Source: Planctomycetota bacterium (GTDB lineage Bacteria > Planctomycetota > PLA2 > JAEUHO01). From it: DNA of 64,000 nucleotides. Numbering within the stretch: position 1 is the first letter of the stretch; the number at the start of each line of letters is the position of its first letter. A program made the translations under genes and the position numbers. Under the pieces are notes generated by a model. The model saw only the letters and a program-made list of their open reading frames with translations. It did no database searches and was not told where the DNA came from. Below, one piece after another: positions 19,549 through 28,785 of this stretch. The DNA lies in assembly GCA_965223505.1 (NCBI GenBank), contig CBDCWP010000024.1, positions 95,094-159,093 on the forward strand. Direction: 5' to 3'.

Positions 19549-22500
19549 CTAGCTGCAACCACTCGTCGCGCCACAGGTGTCGCACTTGAGGCAGGAGCCG
19601 TTGCGCGTCATCGTGAACGAACCACACTCACCGCACGCGTCGCCGGTGTAGCCCTGCAGGCGCGCCGTCTCCGCCATGGAGAGTTGCCCACTGCGCACCC
19701 GGACCTCGCGCGTCTCGGTCACGCGCGCTTGCACCTCGAGCTTGGGAGAAAGGCCGATCCCGCCCTTGCCCTCCGCACCGCCGCTCCCGGCGCCGTTCCC
19801 GCCGCCGTTCGTTCCCAGGCCGACGACCCGCGGTCGCAGCGCCTCGTCGTCGAACACGCCCTTGCCTCCGGAACCGTTCCCGTTTCCGTTTCCGTTCGCG
19901 AGGCCCTTCGTCTCCTCGACCACCTCTTCGTCCTCGTACTCCGGCTCATCGCGCCGAACGGCGTCGGGCTGCAGATCTTCCTGTGTGACCTGGGCCAGGT
20001 CCTGGCGGTCCAGGTAGGTGATGGCGAGCTCGCGGAACACGTAGTCGATGATCGACGTGCTCATCTTGATGCGATCGTTGCCGGCGACCACACCGTTGGG
20101 CTCGAAGCGCGTGAAGACGAACGCGTCGACGAATTCCTCGAGCGGAACCCCGTGCTGCAAGCCGAGCGAGATCGCGATGGAGAAGCAGTTCATCAAGCTC
20201 CGGAAGGCCGCGCCCTCCTTGTGCATGTCGATGAAGATCTCTCCGAGCTGGCAGTCGCGCTCCGTGTTCGGGTACTCGCCCGTGCGCAGATACACCTTGT
20301 GGCCACCGACGATCGCCTTCTGCGTGTACCCGCCTCGACGCTGCGGCAGCCGGCGGCGCTTCGCGAGGTACCGAACGACCTTCACGACCCGTTCGGCAGG
20401 GCTGTCGGCATCCAACGGAAGCAAGCCCTCGGCCTCGGTCGCCGCCGCTTCCAAGGCGTCGGGCGCGACATCGTCATCGGCGTCGGACAACGTGGCATCG
20501 AGCATCTCCTCGATCTCGTCGGTCATGGCGCTGAGCGGTTGGCTGAGCTTGCTGCCGTCACGGTAGAGCGCGAGCGCCTTGAGCATCAGCCGCCAGGACG
20601 ACCAGTAGGCCTCCTTGACGTCCTCTACGTTGACCTCGTGCGGCATGTTGATCGTCTTGCTGATCGCGCCCGAGATGAACGGCTGCGCGGCCGCCATCAT
20701 CCGGATGTGCCCCATGTAGTGGATCGTGCGCGTACCGGTGCGCCCGCACTTGTTGGCGCAGTCGAAAACCGGCAGGTGCTCGTCGCGCAGATGCGGCGCG
20801 CCTTCGATCGTCATGGTGCCGCAGATGTAGTCGTTCGCCTCACGCACCTGCTCCGCGCTGAAGCCGAGGTGCCGCAGGAGATCGAACGACTCCTGGTTCA
20901 GAACGTGCTCGGGGATGTTCAGGTCGTCCACGAGGCACTCGTCGCCGAGCGTCCAGCGATTGAGCACGAACGAGATGTCGAACGCGGACGGCAGCTGCGC
21001 TTCGATCTTCTCGATCATCTCGGACGTGAATCCCTTGGTGCGCAGGGTGACGGCATTGATGTGCGGACTCTCCTTCAAGGAGCCGCTGCCCTTGATGTAG
21101 CGCACGATGTCCTCGATCTCGTCCTGCGCGTATCCGAGCTTCTTCAAGGCGGGCGGGACGGACGCGTTGATGATGCGGAAGTAGCCGCCGCCAGCGAGCT
21201 TCTTGAACTTGACGAGCGCGAAGTCCGGCTCGATCCCGGTCGTGTCGCAGTCCATCACGAGCCCGATCGTGCCGGTCGGCGCGAGGACCGTAGACTGCGC
21301 ATTCCGGTACCCGTGCGCCTCTCCGAGCTTCACGGCGCGATCCCAGACCTCGCGCGCCGCCTCGACCAGGTACGAGGGGCAGTCGTCGGCCGCGATCCCC
21401 TGCGGCGTGATCGTCAGTCCTTCGTACTCCTTCGCCGGCGCGTTGTAGGCCGCGCGCCGGTGGTTGCGCATGACGCGCAGCATCGACTTGCGATTGCGGC
21501 GGTAGCGCGGGAAGGGACCGTGCTCGGCGGCGAGGTCCGCCGACGTGGCGTAGGACTCGCCCGTCAGCATCGACGTCAGCGCGCCGGCGTAGGCGCGGCC
21601 CTCGTCGGAGTCGTACGGAATCCCGAGACGCATCAGCAGCGACCCCAGGTTGGCGTAGCCGAGGCCCAACGTGCGAAAGTCGTACGAGAGCTTCGCGATC
21701 TGCCGGCTCGGGAACTGCGCCATCAAGACGGAGATCTCGAGCACGATCGTCCACAGCCGCACTGTGTGCAGGTAGTCCTCGACCTGGAACGTGCCCGTTT
21801 CTTCGTCCAGGAACTTCACCAGATTGAGACTGGCGAGGTTGCACGCCGTGTCGTCGAGGAACATGTACTCGGAACACGGATTGGACGCGTTGATGCGGCC
21901 GTCGGCCGGACAGGTGTGCCACTCGTTGATCGTCGTGTCGAACTGCACGCCCGGGTCGGCGCACGCCCACGCGCTGTAGGAGATCTTCTCCCAGAGGTCG
22001 CCGGCGCGGACCTGCTTGGCGACCTCTCCGTCCGTGCGGCGGATGAGCTTCCAGCTCCGGCCGTCCTCGACCGCGTCCATGAACCCGTTCGACAAGCGCA
22101 GCGAATTGTTGGAGTTCTGCCCCGAGACGGTCAGGTACGACTCGCTGTCCCAGTCGGTGCTGTAGGTCGGCACCTCCATGCTCGTGAAGCCCTGGGACGC
22201 CAACGCGATCGCTCGCATCGCGTAGTTCGTCGGAATGAGGCTGCGGCGCGCGTTGCGCATCGCCTTGCGCAGCTCGAGGTTCTTGACGATGTCGAAGCGC
22301 GTCTCCTGCTCCGGCCAGCCGTGGCAGGCTTGCATGATCTCGTTCAGGCAACGCTCGAGGAGGCGCGACCCCGCGACGAGCGCGGCGACCTTCTGCTCTT
22401 CGAGCACTTTCCAATCGATGAACTCTTCGACGTCCGGGTGATCGACGTCGAGGCAGACCATCTTGGCCGCCCGCCGGGTCGTCCCGCCGGACTTGATCGC

Positions 22501-23250
22501 GCCGGCCGCCCGGTCGCCGATCTTGAGGAACGACATCAAGCCCGACGACTTTCCGCCGCCCGAGAGCGGCTCGCCCTCGCCTCGAATCGCGCTGAAGTTC
22601 GAACCCGTCCCGGAGCCGTACTTGAACAGGCGCGCCTCGCGCACCCAGAGATCCATGATGCCGGTCTCGCCGACCAGGTCGTCGTCGACCTTCTGGATGA
22701 AGCAGGCGTGAGGCTGCGGACGCTCGTACGCCGACCGGCTCTTGTTCAGTCGTCCCGTCTTCGGATCGACGAAGTGATGGCCCTGGGGCGGTCCGTCGAT
22801 GCCGTACGCGAAGTGCAAGCCCGTGTTGAACCACTGGGGGCTGTTGGGCGCCGTACGCTGATCCGCAAGCGTCCGACACAGTTCGTCGTAGAACGCCTGC
22901 GCGTCGTCGTCGGTGTCGAAGTACCCGTGCTGCTTGCCCCAATGGGTCCAGCAACCCGCCAGTCGGTGAAACACCTGGCGCGCATCCGTCTCACCGCCCA
23001 GCACCGGGTTTCCGTCGTCATCCAGGACGGGACGGCCGTCGGCATCGACCTGGGGCACGCCGGCGCGGCGGAAGTACTTCTGCGCCAGCACGTCCGTCGC
23101 CACCGACGACCAGCCCGCGGGGACGCGTACGTCGTCGAGATGGAAGACGACGGTGCCGTCGGGGTTCCGAATCTCCGAGGTTCGTGAAACCCACTCGAGG
23201 CCCTCGTACGGATCCTGCCCAGCCACCGTGAAACGACGAGAAACCTTCAT
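19549..23250 (-). CDS. nrdJ: Adenosylcobalamin-dependent (class II) ribonucleotide reductase
   Basis: [21 protein letters not shown] (thiyl Cys), APTGTI motifs; C-terminal domain ending CGECG...[21 protein letters not shown] before ATG 23250. Confidence 0.97.
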   Translation of the reverse strand: MKVSRRFTVAGQDPYEGLEWVSRTSEIRNPDGTVVFHLDDVRVPAGWSSVATDVLAQKYFRRAGVPQVDADGRPVLDDDGNPVLGGETDARQVFHRLAGCWTHWGKQHGYFDTDDDAQAFYDELCRTLADQRTAPNSPQWFNTGLHFAYGIDGPPQGHHFVDPKTGRLNKSRSAYERPQPHACFIQKVDDDLVGETGIMDLWVREARLFKYGSGTGSNFSAIRGEGEPLSGGGKSSGLMSFLKIGDRAAGAIKSGGTTRRAAKMVCLDVDHPDVEEFIDWKVLEEQKVAALVAGSRLLERCLNEIMQACHGWPEQETRFDIVKNLELRKAMRNARRSLIPTNYAMRAIALASQGFTSMEVPTYSTDWDSESYLTVSGQNSNNSLRLSNGFMDAVEDGRSWKLIRRTDGEVAKQVRAGDLWEKISYSAWACADPGVQFDTTINEWHTCPADGRINASNPCSEYMFLDDTACNLASLNLVKFLDEETGTFQVEDYLHTVRLWTIVLEISVLMAQFPSRQIAKLSYDFRTLGLGYANLGSLLMRLGIPYDSDEGRAYAGALTSMLTGESYATSADLAAEHGPFPRYRRNRKSMLRVMRNHRRAAYNAPAKEYEGLTITPQGIAADDCPSYLVEAAREVWDRAVKLGEAHGYRNAQSTVLAPTGTIGLVMDCDTTGIEPDFALVKFKKLAGGGYFRIINASVPPALKKLGYAQDEIEDIVRYIKGSGSLKESPHINAVTLRTKGFTSEMIEKIEAQLPSAFDISFVLNRWTLGDECLVDDLNIPEHVLNQESFDLLRHLGFSAEQVREANDYICGTMTIEGAPHLRDEHLPVFDCANKCGRTGTRTIHYMGHIRMMAAAQPFISGAISKTINMPHEVNVEDVKEAYWSSWRLMLKALALYRDGSKLSQPLSAMTDEIEEMLDATLSDADDDVAPDALEAAATEAEGLLPLDADSPAERVVKVVRYLAKRRRLPQRRGGYTQKAIVGGHKVYLRTGEYPNTERDCQLGEIFIDMHKEGAAFRSLMNCFSIAISLGLQHGVPLEEFVDAFVFTRFEPNGVVAGNDRIKMSTSIIDYVFRELAITYLDRQDLAQVTQEDLQPDAVRRDEPEYEDEEVVEETKGLANGNGNGNGSGGKGVFDDEALRPRVVGLGTNGGGNGAGSGGAEGKGGIGLSPKLEVQARVTETREVRVRSGQLSMAETARLQGYTGDACGECGSFTMTRNGSCLKCDTCGATSGCS

Positions 23251-23446
23251 GAACGCCCTCCCTGCCCCGATCGACGTCACGTCGCCCGGCGCTGCCTACG
23301 CTTGTCATCACCCGCTGTCTCGGTGCGCCGCCCGAGCACTCGGATCGCACACCCCGGACTCACGTCCACCCGAACTTCGTTCGCCCGATCTAACGCCGTC
23401 CGCGTGCCGCACCCGGTCCTTCCATCCACCCGGCCGTCACACGACC

Positions 23447-23546
23447 GCCCTCCTCGAGGCGGCCCTCCTCGAGGGCCCTATCGAGGCGGCCCGACGAGAC
23501 AGCTCCCTCCGGGGGAGCCCCCTCCGACGGCCGCCCCTCCGATGGA
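23447..23546. repeat. Degenerate ~15-bp tandem repeat (GCCCTCCTCGAGGCG-like, about 7 units) in the nrdJ leader
   Basis: Units read directly, e.g. gccctcctcgaggcg, gccctcctcgagg, gccctatcgaggcg, gctccctccggggga, gccccctccgacggcc, gcccctccgatgga. Confidence 0.7.
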
Positions 23547-23750
23547 GCATCGCGGACGGAACGGCGGACACGAACCGGACCGGCGCTTGCCCATCGACAG
23601 GCACCGGACCGACAACGAACGACCACGGTGACGGTCCCGAGCCATCCGAGAAGCCGTGCCCTGCCCTGGCGCCGCCTTCCGGACGTTCCCTGGACGGCCT
23701 CGGACCGCCTTGGAACCACGTGACCGCCCACGCACGGTCGACACTGTGAA

Positions 23751-23797
23751 CCACAACGGATTGTGGTGTCTCAGAGCCGAACCACGACATGTCGTAT
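23751..23797. promoter_or_regulatory. Tandem NrdR boxes
   Basis: 16-bp imperfect palindromes CCACAACGGATTGTGG (23751) and CCACGACATGTCGTAT (23782), starts 31 bp apart, upstream of nrdJ; fits the known NrdR box shape and spacing. Confidence 0.8.
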
Positions 23798-24047
23798 CAC
23801 AGGCCGATCGCCAACGCACGAACCAACTTCGGCCGTTCGGGGCCGCCACCTGGATCGAAACCCAAGACACTTCCCGTCTTGGGAGCGAGAAATTACGCCT
23901 GGCGGGGGACAGTGCCCCGGGCCCCATTCCTTGGGCCGGCGCCAACGCTCGCGTGCACCGGGTTGGGGTCTTCGGTGCCCAGCCCGCGGGCCTGCATCGG
24001 GTGGACGTGCCATCGCCGCGGACGCGCAGCCGCCCGCCGGATGCCCC

Positions 24048-24155
24048 GAAATTAGGAACGGGCCGGACCCTTACGGGTCCGGCCCATCGCCGCGAAGTGA
24101 ACCAGAGGGAGGGTTGGGCAGGAGGAGGGAGTTGGTTCGGCCTCCGCGTTGTCCC
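24048..24155 (-). ncRNA. Candidate small RNA with C/U-rich anti-SD loop and terminal hairpin
   Basis: Nested stems CGCGGAG/CUUCGCG and GAACCA/UGGUUC around a CUCCCUCCUCC loop; 11-bp hairpin with GUAA loop; upstream GCCAAC-N16-CGTATA. Confidence 0.5.
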
Positions 24156-24160
24156 TGTTG

Positions 24161-24188
24161 TATACGCCCGCACCCCCGCTGTGTTGGC
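24161..24188 (-). promoter_or_regulatory. Putative ECF-type promoter (GCCAAC-N16-CGTATA)
   Basis: AAC at -35 and CGT at -10 with a 16-nt spacer, directly upstream of the sRNA candidate. Confidence 0.4.
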
Positions 24189-24618
24189 ACTGACAACGGG
24201 ATTGTCCACAAATCTTTACAACTACGCCGGATAGAGCGGGAATCCGCGTTCTCGCCGGCGTCGCAGCCGTGCCCCGTCCGGGCGCCCGTTTCGCTCGGCG
24301 CAACGCGGACACGACTGCGCCCCACGCCGCCACCTCGGCTTCGATCGACACGGGCCGCAGGCGACACCACCGCGCGCCCGATCGTGCACGCGGATTCGAA
24401 CGCGGGATGCCGACAACGCTTCAACGTCGCCAAAACCCGGGCTGGTTTTGCTTCTCGGCGCACTTGATTCCAGTGGTAGCTTTTCGCCGGAATCACGCCA
24501 GAAGGGTGATTCCTTTCGCAATTCAGGGTTGTGCGCATCAATGCAATCGGCGTTTGGTGTTGCACGACACGGTTCAGTTTCTTCACCACAATTCGTAGGT
24601 AGGAAGCAGGAGAGTTTC

Positions 24619-24846
24619 ATGGCTGCCAGGAAGAAGAAGAAGAAGCGCGCAACGCGCGCGAAGAAGGCCCCGGCTCTTAACCTCGTGGTCGGTTCGAAGG
24701 TCAAGGAAGCGATCAAGGGTTCGGGCTACCGTTGCTCGGGCGACCTGGTCGACGCCCTGAACTCGCACGTCCACCAGATCCTGAACGGTGCGGTCACGCG
24801 CTGCCAGGCGAACAACCGCGGTACGGTTCGCCCGCAGGACCTGTAG
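24619..24846 (+). CDS. Bacterial histone-fold protein with basic N-terminal tail
   Basis: 75 aa: MAARKKKKKRATRAKKAPA then LNLVVGSKVKEAIK...DALN...AVTRCQANNRGTVRPQDL (R-x-T-x4-D histone clamp). AGGAGA RBS at 24608; own terminator. Confidence 0.9.
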   Translation: MAARKKKKKRATRAKKAPALNLVVGSKVKEAIKGSGYRCSGDLVDALNSHVHQILNGAVTRCQANNRGTVRPQDL

Positions 24847-24890
24847 GCGACGAGCTCCGGAGAACGCTCCGGACGATTTCGCAGTCGTTG

Positions 24891-24928
24891 GGGCGTCACG
24901 TTTCGTACGTGGCGCCCTTTCTTTCTTT
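24891..24928 (+). terminator. Intrinsic terminator of the histone gene
   Basis: GGGCGTCACG/CGTGGCGCCC stem followed by TTTCTTTCTTT. Confidence 0.85.
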
Positions 24929-24942
24929 CAGCGAGTGAGAGC

Positions 24943-25464
24943 ATGTCGGCCGACGCGACGCAGATTCTTACGATCCTTCAAGAGAAGGCGACCGACACGA
25001 GCGATCCCGACGTGCTCGGCGACGCGATGATCGAAGCGCTGAGCAAGGCGTTCGACAAGGCCAGCTGGGTCGGGATCTATTGGTTGCGCGGCACGGAGCT
25101 CGTTCTGGGCCCCTATCGCGGACCGGAAACGGACCACACGACGATCGCCGTCGGTGTCGGCGTGTGCGGAACCGCGATCGAGAAGGACGAGGATCAGATC
25201 ATCCCGGACGTCCGCGAGCTGGAGAACTACCTCGCGTGCTCTGCAACGGTGCGAAGCGAGATCGTCGTCCTGATTCGTTCGCGCGGCGAAGTGATCGGTC
25301 AGATCGACATGGACGCCGAGGAGGTCGCGGCGTTCGACGAGACGGATCACGCGGTGCTGCGCGCCGTTGCCGACAGCTTCGGAGGGCTCGTGGAGCCGAA
25401 GCCGCTCGACGCCGAGACGCACGAGCGGCAGACCGGCAAGGCGAACGGCGACGACCCCTCGTAG
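24943..25464 (+). CDS. GAF-domain protein, free methionine-R-sulfoxide reductase-like
   Basis: WVGIY, LGPY.G, GVCG, YLACS...SEIVV, IDMD motifs. Confidence 0.8.
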   Translation: MSADATQILTILQEKATDTSDPDVLGDAMIEALSKAFDKASWVGIYWLRGTELVLGPYRGPETDHTTIAVGVGVCGTAIEKDEDQIIPDVRELENYLACSATVRSEIVVLIRSRGEVIGQIDMDAEEVAAFDETDHAVLRAVADSFGGLVEPKPLDAETHERQTGKANGDDPS

Positions 25465-25495
25465 CGCGACGTGCGCGCTCGGCGCGGTCCGGACC

Positions 25496-26464
25496 CTAGC
25501 GGGGCGCCGAGGCCGTCGAAGCGAGGACGTCGCGAATCGCGTCGTCGAGGTCGTGGCGCGGCGCGAAGTCGATGAGTTCGTGCAGCACCGCGAGGTTGGG
25601 CTTGCGACTGACCGGATCCCGAAAGCCCGGACCGTAGACGCGCTCGAACGGAATGTGCTCGATGCCGGCATTCCGGCCTGCGGCCGCGGCGACACGCCGG
25701 GCCAGCTCGAGGATGGTGATCTCGTCCTCGCTGCCGATGTTGACGATGCGGCCCTCCGCCGCCGAACAGCCCGCGAGGCCGCGCAACGCCGCCACGGCGT
25801 CACGCACATGCAGGAAGCAGCGCGTCTGCGTACCGTCGCCGTAGACCGGCAGCGGACGACCGGCACGCGCGGCGGCGGCAAACCGCGCCAGGACCATGCC
25901 GTATCGGTCGGACTGCCCGGGTCCGACGACGTTGAAGAATCGCACGACGGTCACGGGCAGCAGGCGCGAGCGATGGAGCGCGAGCGCGTAGGCTTCGCCC
26001 GCGACCTTCGAAAGCGCGTAGACGTCGCGACGCCCGGCGGGATCGAGCGCGATCGGATCGGTCTCGGACATGAACGCGGGCTTCTGATGACGAACCGGAT
26101 CCCCGCAGCCGTACACCTCACTCGAGGACGCGATGATCACGCGCGCTCCGTGCCGCACGCACGCGTCCAACACCGCGGCGGTGCCGTCGACGTTGCGCGT
26201 CCAGGTCTCGATCGGCTCCTCCGCGACCATGCGCGGACCGACGGCAGCCGCGAGATGAATGACGAGATCGCAGCCCGCGACGGCGGTGGACACGACTTCG
26301 CGATCGCGCACGTCGGCCCGGATGAGCTCCGCTTCACGGGGCACGCGATGGGCGAACCCGGTCGAGCAGTCGTCGAGGACACGGATCCGATGCGCGTCGG
26401 AGCGTAGCTCCGAGACAAGATGGCTTCCGATGAAGCCCGCGCCGCCGGTGACGAGAACACGCAT
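25496..26464 (-). CDS. NAD-dependent epimerase/dehydratase
   Basis: TGGAGFIGSH, SSSEVYG, YALSK, RFFNVVGP motifs. Confidence 0.92.
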   Translation of the reverse strand: MRVLVTGGAGFIGSHLVSELRSDAHRIRVLDDCSTGFAHRVPREAELIRADVRDREVVSTAVAGCDLVIHLAAAVGPRMVAEEPIETWTRNVDGTAAVLDACVRHGARVIIASSSEVYGCGDPVRHQKPAFMSETDPIALDPAGRRDVYALSKVAGEAYALALHRSRLLPVTVVRFFNVVGPGQSDRYGMVLARFAAAARAGRPLPVYGDGTQTRCFLHVRDAVAALRGLAGCSAAEGRIVNIGSEDEITILELARRVAAAAGRNAGIEHIPFERVYGPGFRDPVSRKPNLAVLHELIDFAPRHDLDDAIRDVLASTASAPR

Positions 26465-26553
26465 CTTGGCAAGGTACCCCGATCGAACACGGCGCGCACG
26501 CCATGGTCATGGACGACGCGCAGGCTGCTCGACTTGCTATTCTGACGGCTCGC

Positions 26554-27612
26554 ATGAGATACGCGCCGCACCTGCTGCTCGGGACGTCCTGGACGATCCT
26601 GTCGATCGCGCTCGTTCTCTGGCCGTCGCTGTCGCCGGCACAGGCAGACGAAGGCGCGCTCACCTTCGACCGCACGCTGCAGGACTGGGGACCGGTCGCG
26701 CAACACGACGAGCTCGAAGCGACCTTCCAGATGCGCAACGGCGGCAAGAGCACCGTGACCGATATCGTCGCGAAGGCCGACTGCGGTTGCTACGCGCTCG
26801 TGCTCTCCGACACGCAGCTGGCGCCGGGCGAGAGCGGCACGCTGAAGGTCCGCTTCCGGACCCTGAGCTTCAGCGGCCCCGTCTCGAAACGCATTCGCGT
26901 TTCGTACCTGGACGACGCGCGCCGGCGCGCGGCGCTCGATCTGAAGATGAAGGTCGTGGCAGGTGTCGTCCTGGACCCGGGACGGATGCACTTCGGGGAG
27001 GTCCTCGTCGGCACCAAGCCCGAGGGGTCGATCACCGCGAAGTGGTACGACGGGGTGGGCAAGCCGTTCGACGTCACCGCCGTGGAGCTGCCGGACGGCA
27101 TGTTCGCCGCCAGCAGGCCGGCCCCGTACCAGGACCCCGACGACAGGCGTTGGAAGGGCTGGCGGATCCCCTTCGCGTTCGTGCAGGCGCCGCCGAAGGG
27201 CGTGTATCAGGCCGAGGCCGTCATCGTGACGAACCACCCGGAGGCGAAGCGTCTCCCCGTCTCGCTGACCGCATTCGTCACGGGCAAGGTCTGGGTGCAG
27301 CAGTCGCGCATCTACATCGGCATGGTGCCGCGCGGTCGGCTGCGTAGCGCGAGCATGGTGTTCCGGCCCTTCGACGAGACGATCCGGCTCGGCAAGGTCT
27401 CCGCGAAGTCCCGCAAGGGGATGTTGCAGGTGCGCACCCGCCGGGAGGACCTCTTCGGCAACAAGGTTTGGCGCCTCACGGTGATCGTTCCGCGCACGGC
27501 GCCGACGGGGAAGATCGACGACGTCGTCGAGATTCACACCGAGGTGGAGGGCGAGGAGGTCACGGAGATCGAGGTGCGGGGACGGGTGTTCGAGAAGCGC
27601 GCGCCCAAGTAA
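26554..27612 (+). CDS. Secreted DUF1573 (Ig-like) domain protein
   Basis: Signal peptide; DWG...ADCGC...LAPGESG motif. Confidence 0.8.
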   Translation: MRYAPHLLLGTSWTILSIALVLWPSLSPAQADEGALTFDRTLQDWGPVAQHDELEATFQMRNGGKSTVTDIVAKADCGCYALVLSDTQLAPGESGTLKVRFRTLSFSGPVSKRIRVSYLDDARRRAALDLKMKVVAGVVLDPGRMHFGEVLVGTKPEGSITAKWYDGVGKPFDVTAVELPDGMFAASRPAPYQDPDDRRWKGWRIPFAFVQAPPKGVYQAEAVIVTNHPEAKRLPVSLTAFVTGKVWVQQSRIYIGMVPRGRLRSASMVFRPFDETIRLGKVSAKSRKGMLQVRTRREDLFGNKVWRLTVIVPRTAPTGKIDDVVEIHTEVEGEEVTEIEVRGRVFEKRAPK

Positions 27613-27648
27613 GCCCGCGAACGGCGATTCCGGCGCTACCATCGGCGC

Positions 27649-28785
27649 ATGCTTCGCGCGCTTCCGTTGCTGGTGCTCGTCCTGGCCGCTCCCGCGTGGG
27701 CGGACGGCGAGGAACCGAAGGACGAGCCGTCGGAGCCGCCGGCCGTCGTCAGCGCCGGCCATCGCTTCCTCTCGGTCGACCGCGTGGAGCACGACTTCGG
27801 CATCGCGAAGCAGCGCGAGCAGCTCGATACCGAGTTCACGCTGACGAACACGTCGACGGAGAGGCTCGAGCGCATCCGGGTGCGGGCCGACTGCGGCTGC
27901 AACGCGGTCGAGCTCGCCGACACGGCGCTCGAGCCGGACGCATCGACGACGCTGAAGGTCGGGTTCGCGACGGGCACGCTCAGCGGCACGCTTCTGAAGA
28001 AGGTGCGCATCGAAGCCGGCGACCCTGACCTGGGCACGGCGATCCTGCGATTGCGGATCTCCGTCGTCGCGGGCGTGGTGCTGGCCCCCGGCGCGGCGAT
28101 GTTCGGGGACGTGCTGCATGGCACGCTGCCGGAGAAGACGGTCGCGGTGAAGTGGCGCCACGGTGTCGGCGAGCCCTTCGAGATCACGGAGGTCGTCGTC
28201 CCGGGCCACGAGGACGGCTTCGACGTCGCGGTCAGCAAGCTCGCCCCGTCTGCCGACAGCCCGTGGCGCGGCTGGAACGTCTCGCTGCGGTTCAAGCAAC
28301 CACCGCCGATCGGGGTGTTTTCCGCGGAGGTGCTGGTGCGAACGTCGCACCCGGACGAGGCGTTTCGACGCCTCACCTTCGCGTTGAACGCAAATGTCTG
28401 CGGGAAGGTATGGATGCAGGCGCGCACGCTCACGTTTCACAACGTGGTGCGGGGCAAGGAGCGCTCGGCCAGCTTGACCTTCCGGCCCTTCGACGCGTCG
28501 ATCCGGTTCGGCGAGGTCTCGGCGCGCTCACGTCGCATCGTCGAGGTCGAGCGTGAAGACGGAACCGTCGTCGAGAACGTCGTCGCCGGCCGCACGCGGG
28601 TGAAGGTCGAGCCGGATCCGCATCACGCGGAGAAGCGCTACTGGCGGCTCACGGTGACGGTTCCCGCCGACGCGGAGCCCGGCCGGCTCAACGGCGAGTG
28701 GGTCGAGCTCCGGACGGGCATTCCGGATCAAGAGGAGATTCGCGTCGCGATCAAGGGCCGTGTGCGAGAGGCTCGCGATGGCTAA
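27649..28785 (+). CDS. Secreted DUF1573 domain protein, paralog of the upstream gene
   Basis: HDFG...ADCGC...LEP motif; collinear similarity to 26554-27612. Confidence 0.8.
   Translation: MLRALPLLVLVLAAPAWADGEEPKDEPSEPPAVVSAGHRFLSVDRVEHDFGIAKQREQLDTEFTLTNTSTERLERIRVRADCGCNAVELADTALEPDASTTLKVGFATGTLSGTLLKKVRIEAGDPDLGTAILRLRISVVAGVVLAPGAAMFGDVLHGTLPEKTVAVKWRHGVGEPFEITEVVVPGHEDGFDVAVSKLAPSADSPWRGWNVSLRFKQPPPIGVFSAEVLVRTSHPDEAFRRLTFALNANVCGKVWMQARTLTFHNVVRGKERSASLTFRPFDASIRFGEVSARSRRIVEVEREDGTVVENVVAGRTRVKVEPDPHHAEKRYWRLTVTVPADAEPGRLNGEWVELRTGIPDQEEIRVAIKGRVREARDG

Noticed and set aside
19522..23187. 1221-aa + strand ORF (also 47527-51303 -, 37786-40641 +, 6022-8127 +, 61838-63976 -)
   Set aside because: Antisense shadows of well-supported genes, expected from high-GC codon bias; no recognisable motifs.
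19549..23250. Intein or intron in nrdJ
   Set aside because: Continuous frame, no splice-junction or homing-endonuclease motifs; length is explained by the fused C-terminal domain and a Gly/Asn-rich linker.
23447..23546. CRISPR array
   Set aside because: Short degenerate tandem units without spacers; no cas genes in the window.
23251..23750. Cobalamin riboswitch in the nrdJ leader
   Set aside because: A GGGAA is present, but I could not find the other conserved core elements; an Infernal search would settle it.
24184..24200. Sigma54 promoter at TTGGCAC
   Set aside because: No TTGC at the -12 position.
24202..24210. TTGTCCACA DnaA-box-like 9-mer, possible oriC
   Set aside because: Only one box in the spacer; the same 9-mer occurs inside a CDS at 41770; no box cluster or dnaA context.
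23153..24600. Short ORFs in the nrdJ-histone spacer
   Set aside because: Pro/Arg-rich translations without RBS, motifs or the codon pattern of neighbouring genes.
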